A DNA stretch of 64,000 nt from Flavobacteriales bacterium (GCA_016713865.1 JADJOG010000001.1:2274-66273); one strand, 5' to 3'; positions 20,033 to 29,365 are shown, numbered from the stretch's first letter. A program made the numbers and translations. The notes: generated from the sequence alone by a model not told the origin.

Positions 20033-23000
20033 ATGAAGCGCCTTCTCACCCTGCTCTGCATCGCAGCAGCTCTCTCCCTCCCGCGTGCTTCACAGGCGCA
20101 GTTGCCATGCACTGGCGTAGGGATGGGGGCAACCACGATAGTCAACAATGCAGCTTGGACGGCGAACGTGGTGCCGCCCAACATGACCATCACCCGGGCA
20201 TGCAACATCACGAACGGACTTACGGCAATTGCTATCGGCACGTGTAATGCAGCATTGAACGGAGCAGTGGTTTCAGGACCCGGGATTCAACCGGGCACAA
20301 CGCTGAGCGGTGCTTGCGGAGCTAGTACGTTGAGCTTGCCCGCCACAGCCACGTTATCAGCGGTTACGCTGACCTTCACCTTGCCGGGTTACGTAAGCAA
20401 CTTCCCTCCCCAGACCACTGGTACTCCGAGCCCACTGCACTGCTCGGTATGCCCTTCCCTCTTCACCACGAATATCTGCACCAACCAATATGCTTCACTG
20501 TACATGTGTGCTGGCAACGTGTACACGATCAGTTTATGCTCCAGCGGTTCAGCGTGGAACTCAACCTTGAGTATTACTTCGAACAACGCTTCCACATTCG
20601 CGGCAACAACGGGTGGTTACGTCACCTCGAACGACGATGGCTGCAGCCCAAGTGGTCATGCCGAATTGGTCTTCGTTCCAACCGCCACGAACATCTACTT
20701 CGTTCGTGTCTTCTCGAATGTGGCGGGCAACCCATGCGTGTCCAACCCGCCGCTGAATTGCGGAACGCTCACCGTTACGTGCTCACCGGCACCACCAGCC
20801 CCTGCGAACGATAACCCATGCGGTGCCACACCGTTAACGGTGAACAGCGCATGCACCACCATCGGCAGCACCACGTCTTGGGCAACTGGCACAGGCACAC
20901 CCGGCAATCCAGGCTGTGGCTCATATGCAGGCTTCGATGTTTGGTTCAGCGCTGTTGTGCCAGCGAGCGGTCGTTTGTCCTTGCAGACCTTCAATGCAGG
21001 CGCCACTGACTTGGCAATGGCCGTTTACACAGCCCCAGCATGCAACGAGCCTGTTGCAGGGAATTGGACGCTTCGTGCCTGCAATGCGGATATCGCACCA
21101 GGCTTCACGCAGCCCTATGTATTCCTGAACAACATCGCGCTGGCCGGACAAACGGTTTACATCCGGGTGTGGCCGCAGTCCATTGCCGGTAACGGTGGCA
21201 CCTTCGAGATCTGCGCATTCGAGCCTGTGGCGCCTGCGAACGACAATTGCGGGGCCTTCCCTGTTGCGGTTACAGCGGGCTGCACTCCCGTCGTGGGCAC
21301 CAACTTGGGTGCTACGCCTTCGGGATTGGCCTTGCCTGCATGCTGGGGCTCACCCTCTTCGGTGAACGACATCTGGTACACGGTGCAGGTTCCCGTGGGC
21401 GCTGGGGTGAACATCGCCTTGAACAGCCTTGGCCTCACCGACCTGGCCGTGCAAGCCTATTTGGGTGTATGCGGCACGCTGACACCGATCGCTGCGGCAT
21501 GCTCCGACCCCGCATTCCCAGCGCAACCAACCCTACAGATCCTGCAGAACGGGACCACCATCGTCGATAACACGATCATCTACGTGCGGGTGATCCACCG
21601 CAACGACTACTTCGACAACTTCACCATCTGCGCGACACCGGCGCTGCCACCAGCGAACAACGAGCCGTGCGGCGCGCTGGACCTCCCTTTGAATTATGGC
21701 TGCGTGTGGCTCGGTGGCACCAACACGCAAGCGACCAACACGGCTGTCTCTCTCGGAGGGCAGCATAGCAATGTGCCTGCGCCTGCGGCACCGTGCGCCG
21801 GAACCGCCACCAACGACGTGTGGTACACGATCAACGTGCCTTCGCTCCCGGCTGGAACCAACGTGGTACTCGATACCTACGCCGGCTCATTGTCGAATGC
21901 CGCAATGGCCGTTTACACAGGCACTGGTCTCTGCACAGGCACCTTGGCGCTCACGCAGGTCGGTTGCGCAACGCAGAACGTGACCACGGGCTCCGCGATG
22001 CCGATCCTCACGCTCACCTCGGGCACGCAGTTCCCTGCGCTTACGGCAACAACGCTGTATGTGCGTGTCTGGCGCGAAGGCGGCCCCGATGGAACCTTCC
22101 AGATCTGCGCACGGCGCACCGATCCGCCTCCCGGCAATTGCTTCTTCACGCTGCGCATGATTGATTCAGCCGGCGATGGCTGGAACGGGAGCTTCGTGAC
22201 GGTATGCGTTGGCGCTGCATGCACCAACTACACGCTCACAGCAGCGACCAGCACCATCAACATCCCCGCGAACATCGGCCAGATCGTCTCTTGGGGCTAT
22301 ACCGCAGCCGGCGGCTTCCAGAACCAGAACAGCTTCCAGATCCTCGCGCAGAACGGCGGCGTGCTTTATACCAGCGGCAGCCCTCCCACCGTGGGCAATC
22401 CGCTGGGCGCCTTCACGGTGAATGCCACCTGCAATGTGCCTCCCGCGCCACAGGAGGATTGCATTGGAGCCGTGAACGTGTGCTCCAATACCGCACAGAG
22501 CGCCAATCCGCAGAATACCGGCGGTGTTGTTGACTTGAACCTGAGCAACCGTGGATGCCTGATCACGAACGAACGTCGTGGGGTATGGTACACCTTCCAG
22601 ATCACGCAGCCCGGTCAATTGGGATTCACCATCAATCCTTTCCCCTACGGCATTTCGGATTACGATTACGGCCTGTGGGGCCCTTACTCGTCCATCACGT
22701 GTCCGCCCACAGGTCCGCCGCTGCGCTGCTCTTGGGCCGATGGACCTTCGCTAACAGGATTGAATTGGGTGGCTACCGATTTCAGCGAAGGCGTGGCTGG
22801 CGATAGCTGGACCCAGTACATCAACGTGGCTGTGGGCCAGTTCTACATCCTGTACGTCGACAACTGGTACATGACCGGTTTCGCGTTCGATCTCAACTTC
22901 ACTTATCAGCCGAACTGCGGGGTGGGCGCCAATCCGCCTTGCGCGTCCATCGATTGCTCCTTGCTCCCAGTGGAGTTCATCGACCTGTGGGCACGCCCGA

Positions 23001-23515
23001 TCGGCACCGCGATCAATGTGGAATGGAGCACCGCCAGCGAACGCGGAAGCTCGCACTTCATGGTGCAGCGCTCATTGGATGGCACCAACTACGAGACCAT
23101 CGGCCGCCAAGAGGCTGCGGGGCAATCGGATGGGCGCCGCAACTACAGCTTCATTGATCCCAAGCCGCATAAGGGCTTGCAGTACTACCGCATCGAGCAA
23201 TTCGACAGCGATGGGCGATCGAGCTATTCGGCTTCCGTTCCTGCGTACATGGGCGCCGATGGCTCCAAGCTCACGGTATTCCCGAACCCGGCCCGCGACG
23301 AGGTGAACCTCAATTTCGAAACGGAGATGGAGGGCAACGTGCATTGGTTCATCAGCGATGGTTCTGGGCGCACGGTGCGCTCGGGCAACCTGAGCACCGA
23401 TGCAGGCTCGCAAACCACCACCATCGGGCTTAGCGGCTTGGACGGCGGAGCGTACACCATATCCATGATGCACGCCGACCGCAGTGTGAGCCGGGCCCGC
23501 TTCGTGAAGCAGTGA
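20033..23515 (+). CDS. Giant T9SS cargo protein (about 1,160 aa, intact): PPC-like repeats ×4-5, a 'DSAGDGWNGSF' module, the 4-Cys module, Ig/FN3-like domains and a Por_Secre_tail.
   Basis: Signal peptide MKRLLTLLCIAAALSLPRASQAQ. Repeats of the form 'PANDNPCGA.PL.VN..C...GT...AT...P...CG....DVW[FY]...VP.G'. The C-terminus 'LTVFPNPARDEVNLNFE...ARFVKQ'. The ORF track starts 24 nt earlier at MMSKTEHT. Confidence 0.75.
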   Translation: MKRLLTLLCIAAALSLPRASQAQLPCTGVGMGATTIVNNAAWTANVVPPNMTITRACNITNGLTAIAIGTCNAALNGAVVSGPGIQPGTTLSGACGASTLSLPATATLSAVTLTFTLPGYVSNFPPQTTGTPSPLHCSVCPSLFTTNICTNQYASLYMCAGNVYTISLCSSGSAWNSTLSITSNNASTFAATTGGYVTSNDDGCSPSGHAELVFVPTATNIYFVRVFSNVAGNPCVSNPPLNCGTLTVTCSPAPPAPANDNPCGATPLTVNSACTTIGSTTSWATGTGTPGNPGCGSYAGFDVWFSAVVPASGRLSLQTFNAGATDLAMAVYTAPACNEPVAGNWTLRACNADIAPGFTQPYVFLNNIALAGQTVYIRVWPQSIAGNGGTFEICAFEPVAPANDNCGAFPVAVTAGCTPVVGTNLGATPSGLALPACWGSPSSVNDIWYTVQVPVGAGVNIALNSLGLTDLAVQAYLGVCGTLTPIAAACSDPAFPAQPTLQILQNGTTIVDNTIIYVRVIHRNDYFDNFTICATPALPPANNEPCGALDLPLNYGCVWLGGTNTQATNTAVSLGGQHSNVPAPAAPCAGTATNDVWYTINVPSLPAGTNVVLDTYAGSLSNAAMAVYTGTGLCTGTLALTQVGCATQNVTTGSAMPILTLTSGTQFPALTATTLYVRVWREGGPDGTFQICARRTDPPPGNCFFTLRMIDSAGDGWNGSFVTVCVGAACTNYTLTAATSTINIPANIGQIVSWGYTAAGGFQNQNSFQILAQNGGVLYTSGSPPTVGNPLGAFTVNATCNVPPAPQEDCIGAVNVCSNTAQSANPQNTGGVVDLNLSNRGCLITNERRGVWYTFQITQPGQLGFTINPFPYGISDYDYGLWGPYSSITCPPTGPPLRCSWADGPSLTGLNWVATDFSEGVAGDSWTQYINVAVGQFYILYVDNWYMTGFAFDLNFTYQPNCGVGANPPCASIDCSLLPVEFIDLWARPIGTAINVEWSTASERGSSHFMVQRSLDGTNYETIGRQEAAGQSDGRRNYSFIDPKPHKGLQYYRIEQFDSDGRSSYSASVPAYMGADGSKLTVFPNPARDEVNLNFETEMEGNVHWFISDGSGRTVRSGNLSTDAGSQTTTIGLSGLDGGAYTISMMHADRSVSRARFVKQ

Positions 23516-24117
23516 CCATCGCGTTGCGATCGCTGGCCGTGAATCGCGGCATCGCTGTCTTGCTCGCAGCGTTGCCCGCAACGATCTGCTTGAAGGGCGG
23601 AGGGACCTCTCCGGTAGTGGCGAGCCACACCTTCGGCATGAGCCTCATGACCGGCATGAACAGCGAGCTCTTCACCCTCTTCGTGGTGAAAGAGCTCGAA
23701 GGGCGCATCCTGGAAGCGCGGCCGATCACACGCGGGCAATTCGTGATGCAAGCGCAAGGGGCCATGCCCAGCGCAGCGAATCCCGGCGGGGTGAACCTCT
23801 TCCTGAAGTACGATGTGCGAGGCTGCATGCTGCCATCTTCGGCGGATGACAAGCCCCGTATCGTGAGCGATTGCGGCGTGTTCGACGAGCTATGGAAGCT
23901 GCGCTTCTGGAAATTCCCCTTCCGACAGGGCGAAGGGCAGCAAACCGGAAACGGCTGGGCGGAAATGCAGACACGCCCGAGCGAGCGCCAGCAGCTGCTC
24001 CTTTGCGGGTATGGCCTCTGCAACCCCACTGACCTTGCTTGCGGAGAGTATCTCTTCCGCCTGCTCCGGGACATCGAAGACCCGGAATGGGTGGACAACT
24101 ATCGCAAGGGGTACTAG
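23512..24117 (+). CDS. Hypothetical protein (up to 201 aa) with no recognisable domain.
   Basis: The ORF begins with GTG overlapping the giant-4 stop and ends 1 nt before the meaB ATG. It has coding-like composition. An alternative ATG start is at MSLMTGMNSELF. Confidence 0.35.
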   Translation: MTIALRSLAVNRGIAVLLAALPATICLKGGGTSPVVASHTFGMSLMTGMNSELFTLFVVKELEGRILEARPITRGQFVMQAQGAMPSAANPGGVNLFLKYDVRGCMLPSSADDKPRIVSDCGVFDELWKLRFWKFPFRQGEGQQTGNGWAEMQTRPSERQQLLLCGYGLCNPTDLACGEYLFRLLRDIEDPEWVDNYRKGY

Positions 24118-24118
24118 G

Positions 24119-25109
24119 CATGGGCATACCTGTGGACCTGTTCACAGCGCTGCGTAATGGCGATCGATCAGCGTTGGCGCGGGCCATCACGTTGATCGAG
24201 AGCACTCGCGAATCGGATAAGCCACAGGCCCGTGCATTGCTTGAAGCGTGCATGCCATTCAGCGGCCAGAGCATCCGCATCGGCATGACCGGAATACCCG
24301 GCGCAGGGAAGAGCACGATGATCGATGTCCTCGGGCTGCTCTTGCTTCAACAGGAGCATCGGGTCGCGGTGCTCGCGATCGATCCGAGCAGCGCGCGCAG
24401 CGGTGGCAGCATACTCGGCGACAAGACACGGATGGAACGGCTCGCGCAGGAGGATGGCGCGTTCATCAGGCCGACAGCCGCAGCAGGGCACCTGGGCGGC
24501 GTGGGGCGACGCACGCGAGAAGCTATCGTGCTGTGCGAGGCCGCGGGCTACGATCGATTACTGATCGAGACCGTGGGAACCGGCCAGACTGAATTGGAGG
24601 CCGACGCCCTTTCCGACGTGAACGTGCTGCTTCTGATCGCTGGTGCTGGCGATGAACTGCAAGGCATCAAGCGCGGGATCATGGAATCGGCCGATGTGAT
24701 CGTATTCACCAAATGCGACACCGCGAAGGAGCATGCGCGCAAGGCCGCCGGCGAATTACGGAGCGCCTTGCAGCTGTTGCCGCCACGGTGGCATGGCGGT
24801 CGGCCTGCGGTGCTGGTGACCAGCGCGATCACGCAAGAGGGCATCGATGAATTAGCCACTGGGATCGAAAGCCTCTCGGCTAAGAATGGCGCGAGCGGCA
24901 AGCTGGAGCAGCGCAGGCGCGAACAGGACCTCCTCTGGTTGGACCATGCCGTGAACGAATCGCTGCGAAGCGCGTTCATGCGCCATCCGGGCGTGGCAGC
25001 CGCGCTTCCGAGCATGAAACAGGCTGTGCTTGATCGGGATAAGAGCCCGTTCGCGGCCGCGGATGAAATGCTGGAACTGTTCAGAAAAGGCGACGGACCT
25101 CTTCCTTGA
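24119..25109 (+). CDS. meaB: MeaB/ArgK-family GTPase (methylmalonyl-CoA mutase-associated G-protein chaperone), 330 aa.
   Basis: MGIPVDLFTALRNGDRSALARAITLIES...; P-loop 'GMTGIPGAGKST'; motif 'ETVGTGQTE' (invariant GQ: probably MeaB-type DxxGxGQxE with an E/T for D — either a variant or an indel-affected region). The start was trimmed from the ORF-track start 24039. Confidence 0.85.
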
Positions 25110-25617
25110 GCACAACCAGTGCTTCCTGCGCCGGACTGTGCGATAGCCGGGCAGCATGCTCGAATACACGCTGGGCCAACGTGCTGGCCGGCGCACCGGA
25201 GCCAACCTGCTCAAAGCTCATGTTCACAAGGCGGATGGTCTCCTCCTTGGCTTGGCGCACCTTCGCCCAAGCGCGATCGCTCACGTAGATCTGCTGGGTC
25301 ACGTTGTGCTCCAGCTCCTCGCGGATCGCCATCACGAGCGCGGCCTGCAGATCACCGGAATCCATCCCTGCGCGCTGCACGCGGAGCAGCATGGGCCCGG
25401 GCTGGATGCGCTCGAGGTACAAGGCGAGCCGCTCGTAGGCCTGCAGCCTTAATGGCAGCACCTGCTTGCGGTCATCCTTCCGAAAATCGGCCATTTGCGC
25501 GGCCTGCTGCTCCTTCGCCTTGGCGCCGATGAAGTAACGGATCGCATAGAATGATGTGAGGAAGACCACTACGCTGGGCAGGATGGCCACCAGGACGAGT
25601 ACAAGGGGATCGCTCAT
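25081..25617 (-). CDS. Hypothetical membrane-anchored protein (178 aa) with an N-terminal transmembrane helix.
   Basis: ORF track. MSDPLVLVLVAILPSVVVFLTSFYAIRYF is a single N-terminal TM segment. It overlaps the meaB 3' end convergently by 29 nt. Confidence 0.45.
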   Translation of the reverse strand: MSDPLVLVLVAILPSVVVFLTSFYAIRYFIGAKAKEQQAAQMADFRKDDRKQVLPLRLQAYERLALYLERIQPGPMLLRVQRAGMDSGDLQAALVMAIREELEHNVTQQIYVSDRAWAKVRQAKEETIRLVNMSFEQVGSGAPASTLAQRVFEHAARLSHSPAQEALVVLKEEVRRLF

Positions 25618-25679
25618 CGTTCAGAAAACGGTGGACGAATATCGGTTCCAACGCATGAAATCGCGGCAATCGGGGTGGT

Positions 25680-25687
25680 TAGCTTCG
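25680..25687 (+). promoter_or_regulatory. Candidate -7 box TAGCTTCG, 18 nt upstream of the aminotransferase ATG.
   Basis: It is a member of the recurrent TAnnTT[T/C]G motif set found at fixed spacing upstream of start codons in this window. Confidence 0.35.
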
Positions 25688-25705
25688 CGGCCAGCCAAGT
25701 CACGC

Positions 25706-26890
25706 ATGCATTTATCCCCCATCGCACGCTCCATCGTTGAGCCCGCCACGCTGCTCATGGCGCGCCGCAGCAGAGAGCTGCGCGCCCAAGGAAAGGACAT
25801 CATCGACCTGAGCCTCGGCGAACCGGACCATGACCCGCCTGCCTTCGCGCTTGAAGCCGCGCATGAAGCCCTGCGCGGCCCTTGGCACAAATACCCGCCT
25901 GTGAACGGCTTTCCCGATGTGCGCGAGGCCATTGCACGGAAATTCGAGCGGGACAACGGCTTGCGCTACTCGCCGGAGCAGATCGTGATCAGCACCGGCG
26001 CCAAGCACAGCATCATGAACGCCATCATGGCGCTCTGCGGCCCGGGCGATGAAGTGGTGATTCCCGCGCCTTACTGGGTGAGCTATTCCGAGCAAGTGAA
26101 GCTCGTGGGCGCCACACCGGTGATCGTGAGCAGCACCTTGGAAGAGGATTGGAAGGCTCCCATTGAGCGGATCGCCGCAGCGATCACGCCGCGAACACGA
26201 CTGCTGATGTTCAGCTCGCCGTGCAATCCGAGCGGCTCGGTGCTCACGCGGCACGAACTGGAAGCATTGGCCGCAGTGGTCGCCAGGCATCCTCAGCTGC
26301 TGGTGATCGCCGACGAGATCTATGAGCACATCGTGTTCGAGGGATCGCATGTGAGCTTCGCCTCATTGCCCGGCATGGCCGAACGCACGATCACCGTGAA
26401 TGGCCTGAGCAAGGCCTTCGCCCTCACCGGCTGGCGCATCGGCTACATCGGCGCTCCGCTCTGGGTGGCGCAGGCCTGCACCAAGATCCAAGGGCAATTC
26501 ACCAGCGGCGCCAACAGCATCGCGCAGCGCGTGACCAAAGCCTGCGTCGATGCCGACCCTGCGCTGCTCTCGCCCATGCGCGCCGATTTCCTGCGACGCC
26601 GCGACTTGGTGATCGATGCGATGAAAGCCATTCCGGGCTGGCGCTGCAACGTGCCGCAAGGCGCTTTCTATCTGCTGCCCGACGTGAGCGCGAGCTTCAA
26701 TGGAAGTACCTTGAAAGGCGCTGTTGACCTGAGCCTGCACCTGCTCGATTCCGCCGGCGTGAGCCTGGTGGAGGGCGCGAGCTTCGGCGCGCCCAGCACC
26801 TTGCGGATCAGTTACGCCACAAGCGATGCCAAGCTCGTTGAAGCCATGGCGCGCGTGGCCAGGGCCGTTGGCGAATTGGTTGAGGCATGA
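25706..26890 (+). CDS. PLP-dependent aspartate aminotransferase-like (class I/II), 394 aa.
   Basis: MHLSPIARSIVEPATLLMARRSRELRAQGKDIIDLSLGEPD...; the motif 'NGLSKAFALTGWRIGY' carries the PLP lysine. The start was trimmed from 25556 to the Met after the divergent gene. Confidence 0.8.
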   Translation: MHLSPIARSIVEPATLLMARRSRELRAQGKDIIDLSLGEPDHDPPAFALEAAHEALRGPWHKYPPVNGFPDVREAIARKFERDNGLRYSPEQIVISTGAKHSIMNAIMALCGPGDEVVIPAPYWVSYSEQVKLVGATPVIVSSTLEEDWKAPIERIAAAITPRTRLLMFSSPCNPSGSVLTRHELEALAAVVARHPQLLVIADEIYEHIVFEGSHVSFASLPGMAERTITVNGLSKAFALTGWRIGYIGAPLWVAQACTKIQGQFTSGANSIAQRVTKACVDADPALLSPMRADFLRRRDLVIDAMKAIPGWRCNVPQGAFYLLPDVSASFNGSTLKGAVDLSLHLLDSAGVSLVEGASFGAPSTLRISYATSDAKLVEAMARVARAVGELVEA

Positions 26891-27879
26891 TGGATACGGG
26901 ACGCTTCTTCGCCGGCTGCGAACTGACGCATCTGCTCGTTGTGGGCGATGTGATGGTTGACGCTTACCTGTGGGGGCGCGTGGACCGCATCAGCCCTGAA
27001 GCACCAGTGCCCGTGGTGCAAGTGACGCATCGCAGCGCGCGACTCGGTGGTGCCGCCAACGTAGCGCTGAACGCACGGGCCTTGCGGGCCAAAGCCACCA
27101 TTGCCACCGTGATCGGCGACGATGCCGATGGAGACCGGATCGAATCGCTGCTGCGCGAGCAGAACCTGCCCACCGATGGTATCGTGCGCTCGAAGCAGCG
27201 CCGCACCACGGTGAAGACGCGCGTGATCAGCGGGCATCAGCATGTGGTGCGCGTTGATGAGGAACAGGAGGATGACCTCAGCACGGATGACGGCACCAGG
27301 CTCTTGGAACGCATCGCCAGCGTCCTTGATGCCCAGCGGCCCGATGCCATCGTGCTCGAGGACTACAACAAAGGAGTGCTCACTGAAGCTGTGATCACCG
27401 GTGTCATTCGCATGGCTAATGAGAAAGGGATCCCGGTGGCCGTCGACCCGAAGAAGAAGAACTTTCTGGCCTACCAGGGTGTTGACCTGTTCAAGCCGAA
27501 CCTGAAGGAATTGCGCGAAGGGCTGAAGACCGATGTCGATCCGACCGACGACAGCAGCATGTCAAGCGCGGTGAACCTGCTCGAGGAGAAGCTCAGCAAC
27601 CGCATGACCTTGGTGACCTTGAGCGAGCACGGCGCATTCGCGCATGATAACGACGGGCCTTCGCGCATCGCCGCGCACAAGCGGAAGATCGTTGACGTGA
27701 GCGGCGCTGGCGATACCGTGATCGCCGTGGCCGCCATGGCGCTCGCGCAAGGCCTTGATGCGCGCGGGATCGCCGCGCTGAGCAATCTCGCTGGCGGCCT
27801 GGTGTGCGAAGAGGCGGGCGTGGTGCCCATCGACCTTGAACGCTTCAAGCAGGAATGCGAGCGCCTGCAGCTCCCGTGA
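26887..27879 (+). CDS. PfkB-family carbohydrate kinase, RfaE domain-I-like (D-glycero-β-D-manno-heptose-7-phosphate kinase-like), 330 aa.
   Basis: 'LLVVGDVMVDAYLWGRVDRISPEAPVPVVQV' is the HldE/RfaE N-domain signature. The 'GAGDT' anion-hole motif lies near the C-terminus. Confidence 0.7.
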   Translation: MMDTGRFFAGCELTHLLVVGDVMVDAYLWGRVDRISPEAPVPVVQVTHRSARLGGAANVALNARALRAKATIATVIGDDADGDRIESLLREQNLPTDGIVRSKQRRTTVKTRVISGHQHVVRVDEEQEDDLSTDDGTRLLERIASVLDAQRPDAIVLEDYNKGVLTEAVITGVIRMANEKGIPVAVDPKKKNFLAYQGVDLFKPNLKELREGLKTDVDPTDDSSMSSAVNLLEEKLSNRMTLVTLSEHGAFAHDNDGPSRIAAHKRKIVDVSGAGDTVIAVAAMALAQGLDARGIAALSNLAGGLVCEEAGVVPIDLERFKQECERLQLP

Positions 27880-28601
27880 TGACCGTGAAGCCTTATACCG
27901 AAGACGGGAGCAAGCGCGAGCAGGTCGAGCACATGTTCGATGCCATCGCGCCGAAGTACGACCTGCTGAACAGGATCTTCTCCTTGGGCATTGATCAAGG
28001 CTGGCGTCGCAAGGTGATCCGCATGGTGAAGCAAGAGCCCGTGCAACGGCTGCTCGACGTGGCGACAGGCACAGCGGACCTGGCCATCCTCGCGGCCAAG
28101 CGTGATGCCGCACGGAGCGTCACAGGAGCCGACATCAGCGAAGGCATGCTCCGCCACGGCCGTGTGAAAGTGAGCGGCGAAGGGCTCGCGGGCCGCGTGG
28201 AGCTGATCCGTGCTGACAGCGCATCGCTGCCGTTCGCCGATGGCACCTTCGAGGCCGCCACCGTGGCTTTCGGGGCGCGCAACTTCGAGGACCTGGAGCT
28301 CGGCCTGCGCGAGATGATGCGCGTGCTCAGCCCGAACGGCCGCCTCTTCGTGCTCGAATTCAGCAAGCCCACCAACAGCCTCATGGGCGTGCTCTTCCGC
28401 TTCTACTTCCACCGCGTGATGCCATTCATCGGCCGCTTGGTGAGCAAGGACAGCGCGGCGTACACCTATCTGCCCAAGAGCGTCGACGCCTTCCCATCGG
28501 GCGCTGGGTTCACGCGCATACTCGAGCGCTGCGGCGCGCGTGAAGCCAAGGCCATCACCGTCACCGGCGGCATTGCCACCATCTACAGCGCGCGCAAGTG
28601 A
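27879..28601 (+). CDS. ubiE: Demethylmenaquinone / ubiquinone C-methyltransferase UbiE/MenG, 240 aa.
   Basis: 'EQVEHMFDAIAPKYDLLNRIFSLGIDQGWRRK...LLDVATGTADLAI' is a SAM-methyltransferase of the UbiE family. There is a TGATG overlap with the upstream kinase. Confidence 0.85.
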   Translation: MTVKPYTEDGSKREQVEHMFDAIAPKYDLLNRIFSLGIDQGWRRKVIRMVKQEPVQRLLDVATGTADLAILAAKRDAARSVTGADISEGMLRHGRVKVSGEGLAGRVELIRADSASLPFADGTFEAATVAFGARNFEDLELGLREMMRVLSPNGRLFVLEFSKPTNSLMGVLFRFYFHRVMPFIGRLVSKDSAAYTYLPKSVDAFPSGAGFTRILERCGAREAKAITVTGGIATIYSARK

Positions 28602-28623
28602 GCGCCACGCAACATGCACCAAC

Positions 28624-28631
28624 TACTTTCG
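28624..28631 (+). promoter_or_regulatory. Candidate -7 box TACTTTCG, 11 nt upstream of the porT-like ATG.
   Basis: TAnnTT[T/C]G motif set. Confidence 0.3.
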
Positions 28632-28642
28632 TTGCCGAACGC

Positions 28643-29365
28643 ATGAGACTGCCGCGCCTAGCATTGATCATGGGCCTGATCGCCTGCTCCGCTCCTGCTT
28701 TTGCGCAGCGCGACAAGCGGATCGTGGCCGAGAACCTGCCCAATTTCGACCTGCGCCGCTTCCACTTCGGCTTCCTGCTCAGCTACAATACCAGTGACCT
28801 CTTCGTGCGGCTGAAACCGAGCGCGCTCACCGATTCGCTGCTCGTGCTCAACCACAACCGCCAACCGGGCTTCAATCTGGGCATCGTGGCCTCGCTCAAC
28901 TTCACCAAGAACACGAGCATCCGTTTCCTGCCAACGCTGAGCTTCCAGGAGCGCACCTTGCAATACCAATTCAAGCGGTCCGACAACCGCGTGGTGTACT
29001 TCCAGAAACCGGTTGAGAGCACATACTTGGAGTTCCCTGTACTCATGAAGTTCCGCAGCGACCGCATCAACAACTTCGCCGTGTATGTGATCGGTGGCGG
29101 CAAGTTCGCGATCGACATGGCCAGCCAGAAGGACGTGGACAACGCGCTGGATGACGACGTGGTGGTGAAGCTGAAGAAATACGATTACGGCGCAGAAGTC
29201 GGTGGCGGCTTCGACTTCTTCCTCCCCTACTTCAAGTTCGGCATCGAGCTCAAGGGCTGCTTCGGCCTGCCCAACATCGCGATCGACGACGACACGCGAT
29301 TCAGCACGCCCATCGAGAGCATCCGCAGCAAAGCGTACGTGCTCACCTTCACCTTCGAGGGTTAA
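28643..29365 (+). CDS. porT: PorT/SprT-like outer-membrane β-barrel protein (OMP_b-brl_2 family), 240 aa. A probable T9SS component.
   Basis: Signal peptide MRLPRLALIMGLIACSAPAFAQ, ~240 aa of alternating β-strand pattern, and a C-terminal ...YVLTFTFEG. Placement immediately downstream of ubiE mirrors the ubiE-porT arrangement recalled for other Bacteroidota (from memory). Confidence 0.5.
   Translation: MRLPRLALIMGLIACSAPAFAQRDKRIVAENLPNFDLRRFHFGFLLSYNTSDLFVRLKPSALTDSLLVLNHNRQPGFNLGIVASLNFTKNTSIRFLPTLSFQERTLQYQFKRSDNRVVYFQKPVESTYLEFPVLMKFRSDRINNFAVYVIGGGKFAIDMASQKDVDNALDDDVVVKLKKYDYGAEVGGGFDFFLPYFKFGIELKGCFGLPNIAIDDDTRFSTPIESIRSKAYVLTFTFEG

Noticed and set aside
27471-28622. 383-aa - strand ORF.
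   Set aside because: Antisense to the kinase and ubiE genes.
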